This document shows positions 11,657 through 26,395 of a stretch of 64,000 nucleotides of DNA, piece by piece. Origin of the DNA: Diadema antillarum. Taxonomy: Eukaryota. The notes under the pieces were generated by a model. The model ran no database searches, was not told the origin of the DNA, and saw nothing but the letters and a program-made list of their open reading frames with translations. Both the position numbers and the translations under genes were made by a program. The number at the start of each line of letters is the position of its first letter. Position 1 is the first letter of the stretch. The stretch lies in the NCBI RefSeq assembly GCF_040938485.1, contig NW_027271309.1, forward strand, positions 372,001 through 436,000, read 5' to 3'.

Positions 11657-13284
11657 TGCTCAATCAGCAGAATGATACATTTAGCAAGCTCCCCCAAAAT
11701 ATAGAAGTTGCACTTTTTCCTCTATGTCTAGCTTCAACTGATTGCTTGAATATCAATAGATCCATAAAGCGAAACGCCAAAAGCAAGGACAGGATGGGGG
11801 TGAGCAACCACAGGGTTCATTGCCCACTCCTCTGCTGGGGACAGGCGAATACGAGTCAAGAACTCTGACTGCCTTACTCTTTCCTTCCTCCCCCCCCCCC
11901 CCGTTTCTTTCCTTTTGTATCTCGTAAAAGCTAGTGATAATGTATCCCTGTGTGCTATCCATCAAATCGCAGCCCATCTTTAACGGTAACTGCGTATCGC
12001 TAAACAGATGCGAGGCACGAGGCATGGGCACTGTGACACTGTCCCCACAGTGATGATCTTACCAAATGGTTTATAATGAAATGCATCCTTGTCGGGTCTG
12101 GGTCAAGTGCAGGGTTAGCTGGGCATCTAAGAGACCGGATACTGGGATGCCACACAAATACTTACATATAGGATAATGTTGAGATGAATGGGAAGGAGGA
12201 TGGAGGGATGAACTGGTAAGACAGATAAATTGTACAGCAGATGGGCTTCAACCCCCTGCCCTCCCCCCCCCCCCCCAAAAAAAAAAAAAAAACACCCAAC
12301 AAAATAATTGTGAAAAGAAGGTTTGGGCAAGACAAATTAATGGAAAACAAAGGTAAAGGCCAGTAAGAATTGAGAGTCCCTCTATAGTCCCATCAAGTAC
12401 GAACAGAGGACACAAAAAAAAGGGGGGGGCAGAAAAAAGAAATAGAGTTAGTAAATAAATCAGTGAGCAGCGTATGACACGTGAACAGTCTATGAATGTA
12501 CAGATGCCTGGACGTATCCAAATACGTGGGACACGTAAGCTGGATGAGATAAATGAGTTTATGAAATAACATACAGGAACTAAGTCCTTTGAAGCCACAG
12601 TGAAAATGCATAAAATTTGTTATACCTGTGGGATCAAAAGCATAATGTCTGTGCAAAGGAAAGAAAGGACAGGAATAACAGCACAAAAGTGATAAACTGC
12701 AATGACGGGACAGAAAACAAACGAGGAGTGTTTACGAGGATGAGGGAGAAGAAAAAGCGCTTATTCACCTTCAAATGTTACTCACAGCGTGGCAATCAAA
12801 AGTGTGCCGGGTAATGCTGCCCGACAGACTGTCAAAAAAGCCACAATGAAGTATGAAACCAAATTAAGAGAGCCAGACATAAAGAGGGGGACAGACAGAT
12901 AGATAGAATGGGTGATGCTTTGAGGGAGAGGGAGGGTGAGGATAAGAGAGAGACGGGGGAGAGGAGGAGGAGAAGGAGGAAGGGAGTCGTACTCTACTGC
13001 TCTGATAAGAGCAGTGCGAGTTCAATGACCAGGAAGTCAAGACTTGAAGCCATTTAACATTGGTGTGACACCGAGATGGAGTAGATGCACAAAGCTGACA
13101 TGGAGGAGACACAATCGGCCAGACTAGGCAGATGGGTGTTAGCCCTGGAGTTCAGGACGGGGTGGAAGCACGTAAGAGGGGGGAAAGGCCTTAATATTCT
13201 GGAGCGACAAAACCAGTATTAACTGTGGAGAGGGACGGGGAAAAGAAGAGAAAATACACATATTTTTGTAAACATGTATATATT

Positions 13285-13286
<2 letters not shown>

Positions 13287-13356
<70 letters not shown>
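13287..13356. repeat. (TG)35 microsatellite
   Basis: Seen directly. Confidence 0.97.
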
Positions 13357-13357
<1 letters not shown>

Positions 13358-16187
13358 CAGATGCCCTAGCTGATGCGGCATACTGAAGACAAGGAATGTG
13401 TGCACTTTAGAAGAAACAAACAGAAAAGATAACAAGCTGGGATGCAGAGGTAACACTGATCGAAAAGTTGACTATGAAGAGAGGTCATCATTCACAACAT
13501 TCTACCTTTCTTTCTAGCGAGGGCTCGGAAAACGGATGCATTTTCATCACTCATTGTCAGCGTTGTATGCCTAAGTGATGGCTGTCCCTGGCAACAACCC
13601 AACAAAGAAGATGGTGATGACCTTTTGGGTGCATTTCGTAGTCATTTTAAATGTTCGACATTCAATTATGACACACCACACAAGCAAAAGAATTAAAAAA
13701 TGAAAAATTACAGTGCTGTATCATCGCCTCATCCATACTTCATCTCGTAATGTCATCTGACATCAAGCAAAGGCCATAGAAGCCCTCCCTCCTATCCTTT
13801 AGCCACAGCTTGTTTACTTCTTGGAAAAGGCAAGTTAGACTTTCTGTAATTCTTAAAGTTATTTCACTGCTCATTTCCTTTCCTCATACCTCTTCATCTC
13901 CATCTTGATGACTTCCCAGCTTTGCTCCTGCTGCCTTCCTTCCCCCCATCTTCCTCAGCCTCCGTTCGCTCCCCATTTCCCCCCGCTCCATCATCCCTTT
14001 CAACTGTCGCTTCTCATTCTGCCCAGATTAGCAACATTGCGGCGCCCATTTCCCCCTTCCATGTGCAGCAAATGTGATTAACTCCTGACTGATAGGTAGA
14101 CTGCTGTAATACAATTCTGCCAAATTGTGTTATGTCTGGTTGATCAATAAATCACAGGCTAACAGACTTGTGCAAACTCTCAGGTTCAAACACTTCAGCG
14201 GCATATCCCAACAAAATCTAACAAAAAAAAGAAGATATAAGGAACACAGGTGACAACATGGTATATCTATATTGTATCTTTATTCCTTTTTCTTTTCTTT
14301 TTTGGTGAAGGAGAGATTGATTAATCTTGAATTACTCGGACTACTCCACTTTGGGGGTCATGAAGGTTTTTTTTTCTCTCTTCTTTTGCTGGCAGTAAGC
14401 CAAGCAGGGCCATTGTATCAAAGCAATCAACAACTCCACATATTTCTTCTAAGCATCCAGCTACATGTAAGTAAATGGTAGTCGACATCCACTGATGTGA
14501 TTAAGTGGTCACTGACAAGAATAATGTGTCTATGGGCAAACTCTATTATTGAAGGTATCCCTCACAAAACCACTCACAAAATACACACATACATATACAC
14601 ATACACATACACACAAATACACATGATATAATCAAATAAAGAGAGAGCAAATCACAGACCAACAAACCCTCACAAACAGTACAAACACACACATACATAT
14701 ACTTATGTATAACTATAAAGACTATACCGATGTATGTCAATTATTAACATAGGAATCGACATTGAGAGTTTCTAAGATTAGGTTAAATCCTTGCTCCTTC
14801 TCGTCTCATACCTACAATCTCAAATTGAATATAAAGAATCAGTATGTTATCTTTTAAATCAAGCGTTTCTTTTTTATTAGAAGGAAAGCCTTGAGCAAAA
14901 TACAAAGAGTTTTATTGCAAAATGGGTTATTCACCACTTTCAAACATGTTAAAGTAAGTCCATCATCAGAGAGAGCAAAATTAAACCTTTCAAGTGATAC
15001 CTTACTAGTTAAATAATAAGGAATATTCTTGAAGTTATGATTGAGAATATCCGATGTTTTCTTACTATTTTCTTAGTCTATTGAGAAACTTTAATTGAAA
15101 ATGTCTCAAATTAATAAGAATGGAGTTATCTCGTTTTGTGATCAAACACTTCATATGATGTCTAGGTATTAAAACTAGAATACATAATCCACACAGCTAC
15201 AGGAATGTATGATATAGTATATTCTGCAAACTATTGCACCAAGTACGATTCAACCCTTGACATTTGACCTTCATCATGCTTATCCACACAACTAATCACC
15301 TGCTTGTTTGCAATGTATCAATGGAACAAGTTTGATATGAATATGTTACATGTTCTTCAGGTTTGTACATGAATAACACAGAAATATCTAAATGTGGCTT
15401 TGGAACCTTGATCACACTTAATTCAGTCACATCAACTACTTGTTAGGTTATCATATCAACATTCTTCCCTTCACCCCCCCCCCCCAAAAAAAAGGGGGGG
15501 CAATGAAAGACTCACATCCTTTACTTTCGTAACAAATTTAGCGCCATGTTGACAGATTTTTGATGCTTATTTCCACCATTACCATGGGCAACATGTTTTC
15601 AATGCTTTTGTTCATTTTGGAAGTGTGGTCCCAAATGGATCAAATGTAGGCCTATATGAAAACTCTAAGTGGTTTAGGTTGACTAACCATGTGTATAGTA
15701 AACAAAGAGTAAAAGACTCTAAAACAAAAGTGCTAACAAACAGAAAAGTTGAATTTTTGTTCCCACACCAACGTACATGTCATTTTCCTTATTCTAAAAG
15801 AAATCAAATTCTTAAAACATCTGTAGATTGAAAGACACGTAGCACTGAATTCAGATGACATCCCTTACACAAGAATTTGTTAACATTATCATTAACATCA
15901 AATCTGTTCTTTTCTAGTTCCTGGAAAGCTGAATTTCATGCACGACTCACTTTTTTCCCCTGTCAATAATGGCACGTCCATGCTTTACCCTCAACCACTG
16001 GTGTATCACAAATCAAATTAAAGGGCAGCAAAATTATCGAATTTCCCACTGATATCTGTTCCTGCCAAGGGGCTGATAATTAGAAGAAAAATGGATAGGG
16101 AAAGCGAGTGTTCAGAAAACTCTACATTTTCCAAAGAAGATCTCTGTGCTATCACTTCTTTGCAGTAATGAGCGCGATTACTACTTC

Positions 16188-16566
16188 CACAAAATTGATA
16201 ATGGGCATTTTGTGATGCGAACTGATTTCTCAGCGACTATAATCCCTCATAAGACAATGCATGATGTACTAGATTCACCCCGTCCTGGTTTCACGTAGCC
16301 GTTCACACCGAGATTCTAATTTGAAGATGTCCTCACCACCCAACACTTTTCCATAAAGAGTGTCTACATCCAAGTTCTACTCCTATCACCTCAAAACAGT
16401 CATATCTCCTCTGAACTGATATCACTTGCCTAAGACTGTAGGACCAAGATTTGGGATGATATGCTATGAGGATGATGTGACATTAAACCACTGCTGAAAT
16501 GACATCCAGTAAACCTAGGAAGAGATAGTCGAAGTCTAGGGAGTGACTTATACAGACAAGGAAACG
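16188..16566 (+). mobile_element. Decayed non-LTR reverse transcriptase fragment (CR1 group, Rex1/Babar-like)
   Basis: One frame reads HKIDNGHFVMRTDFSATIIPHK...EDVLT...SPQNSHISSELISLA*DC. After a frameshift it reads ICYEDDVTL...DIQ...GVTYTDKET. This is colinear with DFSSAFNTIIP / DFLT / PQGxVLSPLLFSLYTxDC / FADD / GLxxNxxKT. Aligned by eye. Confidence 0.6.
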
Positions 16567-16658
16567 TTATCACTTTAAGCACCTTCCCATTTAGCATCCA
16601 CCTCAAAATTTCCTCCCTGGCAGGAAAGGGAGAGACTTGAGTGCATATTTCTAGATTT

Positions 16659-16704
16659 AAACAGAATCTTTTATGAATAGAAAACAGAATCTTTTATGAA
16701 CAGA
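16659..16704. repeat. 23-bp tandem duplication
   Basis: aaacagaatcttttatgaataga / aaacagaatcttttatgaacaga. Confidence 0.9.
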
Positions 16705-17002
16705 AACAATGACGGAAATACACCCACATGGCTGGGTCACTCATCTGATAAGTTGCAATCAGATTTCTACTAAGCAAATTAAGTGTTTCCACATCACCAA
16801 GCTCACAAAGATTTTCTGCCCCAGAGCAAAAGGGGCACGTCAGAAGAGATGCTACCAATCAACATTCAACTGTAAGTCAGGTTTTAGCTGCTTTATTTTC
16901 AGTGCTTGCAAACACCTACGCCATTATGAATGGCAGAATGAAACAAACCTCCACATTAATAAACCTGAGAAGAATAAAAGTGACAGAGAGATGTTCTGCT
17001 CG

Positions 17003-17162
17003 NNNNNNNNNNNNNNNNNNNNNNNNNNNNNNNNNNNNNNNNNNNNNNNNNNNNNNNNNNNNNNNNNNNNNNNNNNNNNNNNNNNNNNNNNNNNNNNNNN
17101 NNNNNNNNNNNNNNNNNNNNNNNNNNNNNNNNNNNNNNNNNNNNNNNNNNNNNNNNNNNNNN
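17003..17162. other. Assembly gap (160 N)
   Basis: Run of n characters. Confidence 1.
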
Positions 17163-18344
17163 CACTGGCGAAGGATTTAATATGCACACAGGTACCACAA
17201 GGCGACACGCTCCATCACACTCTGACACACATAGTCACACGTGGGAACAGGGAGGTCTCTCCGTTCCCATATGAAACGTGGTCATGATTGTACTATGCAT
17301 GCACAAACTGCCAAACATATGTCCCATTAACTATTTGCTCTCCTTTCTACAGCATGACGCAAACTATGCACAACGGCTTCTCATCCCACCCCACCCCTAC
17401 ACACACGTACACACACACACATGAAGCATTTGGAATTCACCAATATTCTGCCGAGATCTGGCTATGTTGGTTGATCACATTAGGTGCAAACATGTTGGAC
17501 AAACAAGATTCCCCCTTCTCTTTCGGCGAGATCGTCGTCATAGAAACGCAATTTTGCAGCACACGAATGACTGATTCACTATACCAAACATGATCACCAG
17601 GGTTTGCATCCAAACTTCATGCTTGAGAGCACCTGTAAAAGAGGAATACAGTTTTTACCAAGTGACACACACCAAAAAGAGAAAAATATAGCAAGCGATA
17701 AAGCAACTCTTACATTTCCACCAGCCTCCCCCTCCCTCATCAAAGACAGAGAGACATCTTGTACTTCTTCCACAGTGCTGCAGAGACTACACATAGCAAC
17801 ACTGTCTGCAGAAAACTGTTCTCTGCATGCAACTGAATGTTATGTTTTCGTAAATCAGAAATCAAATCAAATTTCCATTTGTGCAGGTGCTCAAAACTAC
17901 ACAAGTCAAATTATTATCTCAAAAGGGCAGTTTGTTTGTGTAAAACTACCACTGTAGCCATGCCATGCAGCTCCTGCAACATGTGGTATACCTTACTTAC
18001 TGTACTCTACTTCCTTGCCAGAGGCATAGGATCAATCAAAGGGAATACAACCATTATGTGGATGTAATTCTATAGAACAATGCAGAAATTATCTTGATGT
18101 CCCCTTCAAAACCAGTCCCCATTTATGTATCTGATATAATGGTAGTAGACTGGGCATGCATCTCAAGGTAAATATGGTAAAACATACTTGTATGAAAACT
18201 TTCTGTATCGGTTTCAGTCAACCTTCGGTGTTTTTTACCTGTTACCTGTGAAGTACTTCCAAAAACAGAGTGAGTGTTACAGGACATGCTTGAGAGAAAA
18301 ATCCCCCATTCTACAGAAACCTTGCCTGCAATAAGCTGACCAAG

Positions 18345-18644
18345 AATGGAGAATTAGAGAGTGCGGTCAAAGACAAAGACAGCGAGACCAAACGTCTGAG
18401 CATATAGATCAGTTACAAGGAAATGGTAGAACATCAACAGTCATGTGCATTATGAGGATTTATCTGCACAGGAGCTCCCATGGAATGAGGAAGATGATTT
18501 ATATTCACAAAGAAAGGGGGAAGGGTATATTCATAAGTCCATCAAGGACACAAGGAAAGTGAGGTTGCACTGACAGGAGAGAATATGAGGGAGAGGTATG
18601 GCAGCAGGAAACACAGCTGGTTCACTCAGGGATGTGGATGCTGA
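18345..18644 (+). mobile_element. Decayed non-LTR RT N-terminal fragment (RTE-like)
   Basis: One frame reads GELESAVK...ISYKEMVE...TGAPME*GR*FIFTKKG...HQGH...WFTQGCGC, against EVxxAIK..IxxEML..TGxxPxEW..IxKKG..YRGI..GFRxGRGC. Aligned by eye. Confidence 0.45.
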
Positions 18645-20703
18645 GTGGCTGAAAGGAGGAGGGCGTGAGTGGGTGATTAACTTAAACTTGGGCATTGTGT
18701 CTCAGTTGCAGGTGCTAACGGTAGATTTCCTGCACCGGGCTCTCATCATTTCTATTTAGTTTGCACTTCCTCGAAAGGTGCATTGACACTCTTGATTGCA
18801 AAACAGACATCTACACAGCGTAGATTTAGTGGTATTCTTCTTAGTCTTGAATTGTGGCTTACTTATGCAGCAGACAGACGCACGCACCCATCTATACGCA
18901 TCACACACATGTGACTCCTAAGAAATCGCTCATAAGGTTGAGCTGTGGTCTTAAAGTTGGCGTTCTTAAGCCAGGTATTCATTCACATGCTTTTTCTTCT
19001 TAAGGGGTAAACCTTGAAATACAATAATCTTTCCCAAAACACCGTGAGAGTGGGTAATTGATACACCCTCAGGGTAGGAAACGGTGCATGCCACAGTGAC
19101 AACTCTCTGAGCATCCAAAAATCAAGTCAAGGTACTTCGGAGGATGTCAGCCAGGCAAGTCCTAAACTGAAGAGTGGTACCATCTGCCCTACTGTGCTTG
19201 CCAGAAAAAGTCTTGGCTTGATTTGCAGAAATGTATCACCAACCAAAACCTCCAAACAAATGGACAAATCTCTTAGAAATGCAGAAAATAATGACAAAGA
19301 GGACAGCTTCCCGTATGGAAGCAGACAAGCTGCATAAACCTTCGTTTCCTGCCTGTTGTCTGGTGTTGGCAGCAAGAGTTCAGGCTTGATGAATTCCTCT
19401 CAGGGTCTCATCCACTTGATGCCAACATGAGCTCAATGTCTTTGATACATTAATGAGCCTAGGACATTCCACTTTAACTCGTGTCTGACCCTGGGTATAC
19501 TTGTTCATCCTAATAACTGTGCGCGGCAAAATGAAACATGACAGGTTTTCACTGCTGTATGCTCAATGCCAGAGTCCCACACAGTAAATTCAGGAGAGAA
19601 CGTCCTAAATGTCTTCTATTTTTTCATGCATGACAGCAACACAAAAGCAATTAATGGAGGGTGAAGTTCTGAGCCAAATGTTCTCTCTCTTTACATCTCA
19701 TTGCATCTTATGTGTGCACTTATATGTAAAGCCATGATTCATCAAAGATGTACAGGTTGCAACATTTGTGTCTACTAAGGCAAAGAACTGCATATCTAAA
19801 GCAGAGTGATATTTTCTGTGGTAGCGATTGATTGAAATAAATAAATGTTCTCATGCCATGAATTGAGCACTGATCTATAACTGTCAAAAGGGAAAAGGGG
19901 GTGGGAGGAGGGGAACCATATTTATGCAGATGGTAAGTCTTTCTATACCAATGACATATATTCAATAACAGGCAAATAAAGCCAAGTCATCATGTGTCTG
20001 GTTGCACTAAGGCTATGGGATTGGAAAAAATGTCAATCTGTTGAATTTCATTTCATTTCATTTAATTATTGAGGCAGTGATGGGTAAACAGAATGATCAA
20101 TTAAGCATGTGCCTGCTTACAGAACCAGCCAGCTTCATCAACTCTGATTAAAGTACACAGAGGGTCTGGGCAAATCGTTATAGCTCACCACGGCAACAGC
20201 AATGAAAATGCATGCGCACGAGAGGCGACAGCAACGTCAAAATATCACGTATGCGACAGTCTGGTAACAATGGTTTCTAATGAGTTAAGTTGTTAATACT
20301 GCCAGTGCATGCAACTGATGTGTGGGAAGCTAGCTATTGCCTATCTATAGGTGACAACAAATTTGCCTAACTCTAAGACATTGCAGTGTCACTGAAAACT
20401 ACCACTGAATGTGCCAAACCACCAGAATCCAGGTCTGCAAATTGCCAATCTGCCGACATAAGGATGCAGCTGATAATGAAGGTGGCAACTCATCAGGTCC
20501 ACAGACAGCCGCAGACCACCTGTTCATATGATTTACATCTACATACTCCATAGAAACCTTCTGTAAGATACCTCACATCAGCAATGAAAGGTTATGAGCA
20601 TTGTTAGGCACAGACAGATATATATTATGATAACAGCATAACACCGAAATCTTTTCAAAATTTGATGTCCATTGTATCAAAAGAGTTTGGTGTGCCCTCT
20701 AAG

Positions 20704-21430
20704 AAAGTTCTTCCCCGATGAACTGCACAGATGGCAGTTGCACAAAAATGAAAAGGCATTGGAATGCCCTCCCAAAGAGATCCTGCCATATAGACTCCAC
20801 ACTGTAAGGAGATCTCTCCATCAGCTGACCAGCCAGACGTAAGTACACATCTAATGTAATCAAAGATTCTCCAGCCATTCTTCCAGTCCATCTTCAGTGA
20901 TTCTTTGCTCCTTTTGTTTACCATTGATAAAGAAAGGTGTTGTCCATGCCCAGGTACAGCAAGGGGAGAAAAACGTGGATTTTAAGCTTTGTGGGAAAAT
21001 GGCATCACCTAGTTTCTCATACTTGTGGCCAACAATGGGCGAGGATCTTGTCTTTGTTGGCGGATTTGAGGGGGGCTTTTGTTTGAGATTCCCCTCGTTG
21101 GATGAGCACAAGAGGCCAGCCCTCTTCAACTCGCCTCTCTGGTAGCCCCCCTGACTTGGGTCATTAAACAGAAGACAAGGGTTACCAGACCATGGGAATG
21201 CCCCTCTTGTCATGAGTGGACCTTCCTATGGAGTCGAGAACAGGTTGCATATCTATCCCGAGGATCTCGTTACGATTAGGGGCAAGCGATACTGTATGAG
21301 AGGGCTGGGCTGGCAGCAGCCATAAGACAATGGGGGGTGTTTAATCACTGGCTGCCTGGGTCGGGAATGGGAATTCACTGGACGGACATGTGTCCTCCAC
21401 TTCGTAGCCACACAATGAGCACTGTTTACT
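20704..21430 (+). mobile_element. Possible heavily decayed non-LTR RT
   Basis: FPDEL..LHK..YR, SKGRKT, LLADLRGAF, SRTGCISIPRISL and VLHF..ALF occur in RT domain order. About 60 codons separate the DLxxAF-like and QG-like motifs, as expected. Requires frameshifts. Confidence 0.35.
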
Positions 21431-22047
21431 GCTTGCTCATCCTTTTGCCAGCCTAGGCAGACAAATGACCTCTTTTGTGCGCTCCTCATGAAAAAAAAAA
21501 AAAATGCGTCTTGTTGCAAAGACAGAACTACGGTCTTCCCATTGAAGGTGTCCTCTGCAATCTGAGATTTAATCCTGCGACTGTCACAATGATAGAATGA
21601 GACAGGGCACACAATCAAGACGTTCTCCACCCTATGAATGGTGAGTGAGAACTGCAATACCAGATCATGTCTCCACCTTTGTCCAGCACCCTGCCAGGCG
21701 AGGGGGGAATGAATGTAGGCAAACGCCCCCCATCCCTAATGAGTAAGGCCAAGAAACCAAGGCTGCCCGTCAATGCAGAATAGGGGTATGGCTTACAAAT
21801 ATGAGGCCACGGAACAGCATCCCTACAGGATCATGCTACAGAGATGCAATCTCCTTTGGGGGATCTAACGTTTGATGACAAGCTGTCAAAAAAAGATGGG
21901 AAAAAAAAACACAGGAGGAGGTGAGGGAGAGGATGAGGTGATAGTAGAAGACCAGGGGCCCGTTGCATAAAAGTTACAATTATGGTAACTTTGCCATCCA
22001 ATGGTAACTTCCATGGAGCTCTTGATTTTGATTGGCTATTGAGTATT

Positions 22048-22061
22048 GTTGCCATGGTAGT
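22048..22061. promoter_or_regulatory. RFX X-box-like site GTTGCCATGGTAGT with an adjacent inverted CCAAT box
   Basis: ATTGG at 22031-22035, followed by the X-box-like 14-mer. Confidence 0.35.
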
Positions 22062-22199
22062 TACCACTGGATGGCAAAGTTACCATAATAGTAAGTTTTA
22101 TGCAACGGGCCCCTGGTCAAAATCAATGGATAACATCCTCCTCCGGCATACTGTCATGTTTCTTTCTGGCCTACCTACAGCAGTCAGGGGGTAATCATG

Positions 22200-22434
22200 T
22201 CTGCACGTATATCCATAAATTCATAAAACCATCCCATTTCAGCACCAGCGTGGTATCCTTGGATTTCCTGATGCATTTTGTATTAAACTCAAAATATTCA
22301 AAAGAGCTCAGATTTGAAATTCAATTTGCTCAAAATTTTACAAGACTTAAAATAAAGACTGCTCATATATGTAAAGATATATGTACATTAAATGTTAAAT
22401 GTTTATTTACTCCTAAATTATTGGGTCCACTGTA
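22200..22434. mobile_element. Possible truncated Tc1/mariner-type MITE (one end only)
   Basis: Right end ctcctaaattattgggtccactgta reads TACAGTGGACCCAATAAT on the minus strand, a CAGTG+TA type terminus. No matching left end found; the left boundary is a guess. Confidence 0.3.
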
Positions 22435-22955
22435 TCGATAAAAGTAAAACATTAGCGGTACGCCCACATGTATAAAAGGTATTGACTAGTGACATTGTCA
22501 AGCATGCCAACATGGCGGTTGCAACTGGGTGCTTGCAAAGGGCCAGTGCTACTCTGTTATACGTTTCACCGATTACAGCAACTACTGCATTCTTACAGAA
22601 CAACCAAATTGGGAATTTTTAAGAGAAATATAGTTGAGGTATAGGTTTATGAGTGGTGTATTTGTCATATCAAAAAAGAAAAAAAAAAAAAAAAGAAACC
22701 AAATCCGGTATTACCCTTTCAGAGCATGGATGCATCAAGACCATGAGCTCCTGCAACCATGCAATCTGTGCATTCATCCCTAGAAGTTGGGGCTCAATTA
22801 TCAAGCAAGCTTTGTCTTATCATTGTGTAATGATGTTCAAGGAAGGACTGCAAAAGTATGTGACTCAAAAATCAAATATTTGTACAGTCAATGGTGAATG
22901 TTATTTGAGTGATCCATATAATGTTCTGGAGTTGTATTATGAAACAGGAACCTGT

Positions 22956-22969
22956 GTTGCCATGGTGAC
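22956..22969. promoter_or_regulatory. RFX X-box-like site GTTGCCATGGTGAC
   Basis: Near-perfect match to the palindromic X-box consensus GTTGCCATGGCAAC; intronic. Confidence 0.45.
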
Positions 22970-25900
22970 GGCATTCTCCATGGAGTTAGGCAGAAATGAT
23001 GCTCTCAAAGCCTCTGGGGCATCGGTGTGGTTAGTTCACAGGGTAACAAAATGTAATGACACTGTCTATGGAACCTGCCTTGATTGATAACCAAGCAAAA
23101 AGGAGATTGAACGCAATCTCTTTATCTAGATCAGATTGTGCGCTAGTGGCGTATAGTGGGAAATCTGGCGCATCAAAACACCGCTGCCAGGTTTTGTCGG
23201 CCCTCAACAAATCAATACCTTCACAGGTATCTCAAACGGGACAGATGTCACACATTCAATGGCAGCACGAACACGGTTACGTGCGAACAAGGAGGAAGCC
23301 CTATGAGGCGGGGGGGGGGGGGGGGGGGGGTTGGTGGGGGCAAACCTTTGATTACAGTTCAGTTTGTGATTGTGTATATAGGTGTTTTTGTATGTACGTG
23401 TGTGAAAGAGAAAGAGCATATGTGCATGAAGAAAACAAAGGAATGGCAGGCATAATGGATAATGAGTGGAAAGAGCGAAACCAGCAGGGGGAAAAAAAAG
23501 TACCACACGAGATAAACATCGGGGAAGAAGACAAATAGAGAACACTGCATTCAGCATACTAGTCTGAACTCTGTGTAAGTTCGTGATACTGTTAGAAAAT
23601 ATTGGTCTTGCAAGTTGCATGTTAATGTTCACTCAATGTTCAATTCTACATTTACAGTCATGCACATTAAAAAGAGCATTGATCGGTAAGTAGGTAATAG
23701 ATCACACTCAGTCATCCCCGCAAATCATGCATCCACCCAAAACTGCAATGGGTGCATGCATCACTATGTATCATACACAGAGAGGTCGAGAAATTGTTCA
23801 GGCATACTATGTTGGGATTTCTAGTGCATTGTGAACGGCTTACATGCATCATACAATGATATCCTGCGACTTGGGGGGTTCCTGATCAAGTATTTGACGC
23901 CCATGGAGGGCAAGGTACTGTCATTGTAACCAACAAAGGAGGAAAGAGAGAGAGAGGGAGAGGAGGAGAAATGAAGCAATGCTCGGATAACAGGAGTCAC
24001 AACTGACTGAATGCGAAAAAGAACAGACTTTTAAGGTGACAGCATACTTGCAGAAAGGGTTTCTCCCTGATACCACTCTTGGGGGACAGTTACAATGCTC
24101 CTTAATAACCAAACCATCTTGTATAACCAAATGCATCAAAGGGAAGATGGCCTAATATTAGTGGGGTGAGATAGGATGGGGTTGCCGGGCAGGTAAAAGA
24201 AACAAGTCGGTACAGTGGAAACTCAATATTAAGAGATCTGATTAAAAAAAAAAAAATGCCTGATATAACAAACTAATTTCTCCAGTCCCAATGAATTCAT
24301 TTCACTTGTCTAGTATTGTTTATTATTGACGACTGATATAACAAAATAACGGATATAAAGAACAAATTGTCATAGTCCCAAGGATCTCGCTACACTGAGT
24401 TTCCACTGTATAAACATTTGGATGAACCAGAAAGAAGAGGACAGTGGGCCCAGTGGTGCAAGCCAGATATGGCATACAGGAGGAAGGGGGGAGGGTTGCA
24501 CAATAACGAAATGTCGATTTGCAAATCTTGTTGGGTTTCCTTCACGACAAAGCCGAAGACGATAAAGTTTTTCTTCCCCTATCTTCTTACAAGTTGAAAG
24601 AAGACCAAAGCCAGGCATTAGATGCAGATCATGCCTGGAAGAATACCCCGCTGGCACTTTAAGAGCCAATGGGGCATGACACTACCTCTTTTTCTGCCAC
24701 AAAACTCCCCTTAGTTTACCCAGTCTTTTGTTCATGATTTCAATCAGTGAATTAAAAAGCTATATATGCTGTCATGCTTTCCTGCGTTTAGTCATACCCA
24801 CAAATTTAGATATAAATAGGAATTCCCATCATTCAATTACACTGAGCTCCTTCGGAAAATTTCCCACGGATATGAACGTGTACACTAGATTTCAGCACAA
24901 ATGCTCCCCCCCCCCCCCTTGCTGCCATGCACAGAGAACAAAACTATATTGAGTAGACATATCTGAATGACAATATCTGTCATGGCCTCACTGAATAGCT
25001 AGGGCAAAAACATTTTTTTTCCAAGCCATCTGGGGGGCATCTTTTTATTCTGATAAATAACTGGCATGTGGACGATTCAAATCTCCAATATGAATGTACA
25101 AGATCTCTACACACAGCCATGATTAATCAAACGACAAGCTTTACACTTAACAATTTACTGTATTGCTATGTGTACAATCAATGAGGATGGAGGAACGTCG
25201 TCTTGATTCGTGATACAAAGAACAGAGTGCATCATGCGTACATATGTGGGCTTCTACATCTGCATCTATTGCACTGTCTTATATGCCGGATATGAATATA
25301 CATTTCTAAGCACAAATCTCTACAAAAGTTTAGTGAACAGGCACATACCATGCACTGCACATGCTGAAGATCAAACATTAATTACAGAAATGATGACAAT
25401 GTTACAAGGGTTAATCTGGACACATTTGCTTACAAGTGAGGAGTCTTCTTTTTTTTTTTACTTTTGGAGGGGGGTGGGGAGATAGTAGGGGTCACAAACT
25501 TGTTTCATTTGGTCAGTGCCATACTGACACCTATGTGTTCACACGAGGCCAATGGCATATTGAAGTAGAACACCCAAAAAGGTTGATATTTCTTTCATAG
25601 CCACGGGTGTATGATAAAAACTGTGTACACAATATTCAATTTTAAACATCTTTAATGTACATTTTACCTCGAAGTGATTATTTTCAGATTCTGTCATACC
25701 TGACAGTACACTTCACTAATTTTTCTCACTGCTATACAAACAGTTATCTCACAAAAGTCCATACTTTCTGGACTCTTGTGCTTTTAAACTGGATATCCTA
25801 CACTGACAGCAGTACTAAACTGCATTAAAGAAAGTTCCTTCTTAGATTAATTTTGAGATCCTTTCCAAAATATGTAAGAGGTCATGTACACAAGCTTCTT

Positions 25901-26265
25901 AGTGTCAAAGAATATTTTGTAAATCAAGAGATGGGGATAGAGTACGTAATAATCTATACCTTGCGCTTGCCAAGACATTTATTTGGTTGGTTCATTATGC
26001 ACATGGCACAAGTATGCACATTGTACAGATCCTGCATGTTGCAAGTATAAAATTTGTGAATTCACAAAAGTGTGACATACAACTTATGTGGAAGAAGAAC
26101 ATAAAAACCACATGATAATTCAATGACCATTTAAAAACAAAAATTCAAAATATTCTTTTTTTAAGTATAAGTTTTGCATTAACTATATTCATGAATCCAA
26201 ACTGACAAATAAATGTGGCTTTGGATTTGAGAATCATTGAAGTTTGTGCTCTGTCTGACCCCTCT

Positions 26266-26395
26266 NNNNNNNNNNNNNNNNNNNNNNNNNNNNNNNNNNN
26301 NNNNNNNNNNNNNNNNNNNNNNNNNNNNNNNNNNNNNNNNNNNNNNNNNNNNNNNNNNNNNNNNNNNNNNNNNNNNNNNNNNNNNNNNNNNNNNN
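26266..26395. other. Assembly gap (130 N)
   Basis: Run of n characters. Confidence 1.

Noticed and set aside
12626-12648. 23-nt minus-strand mini-exon with a strong acceptor
   Set aside because: Not a multiple of 3, the donor (gtataa) is weak, and no partner exon was found that restores the frame.
16709-17287. Long ORFs here and at 26145-26490
   Set aside because: Their length comes from reading through the N gaps.
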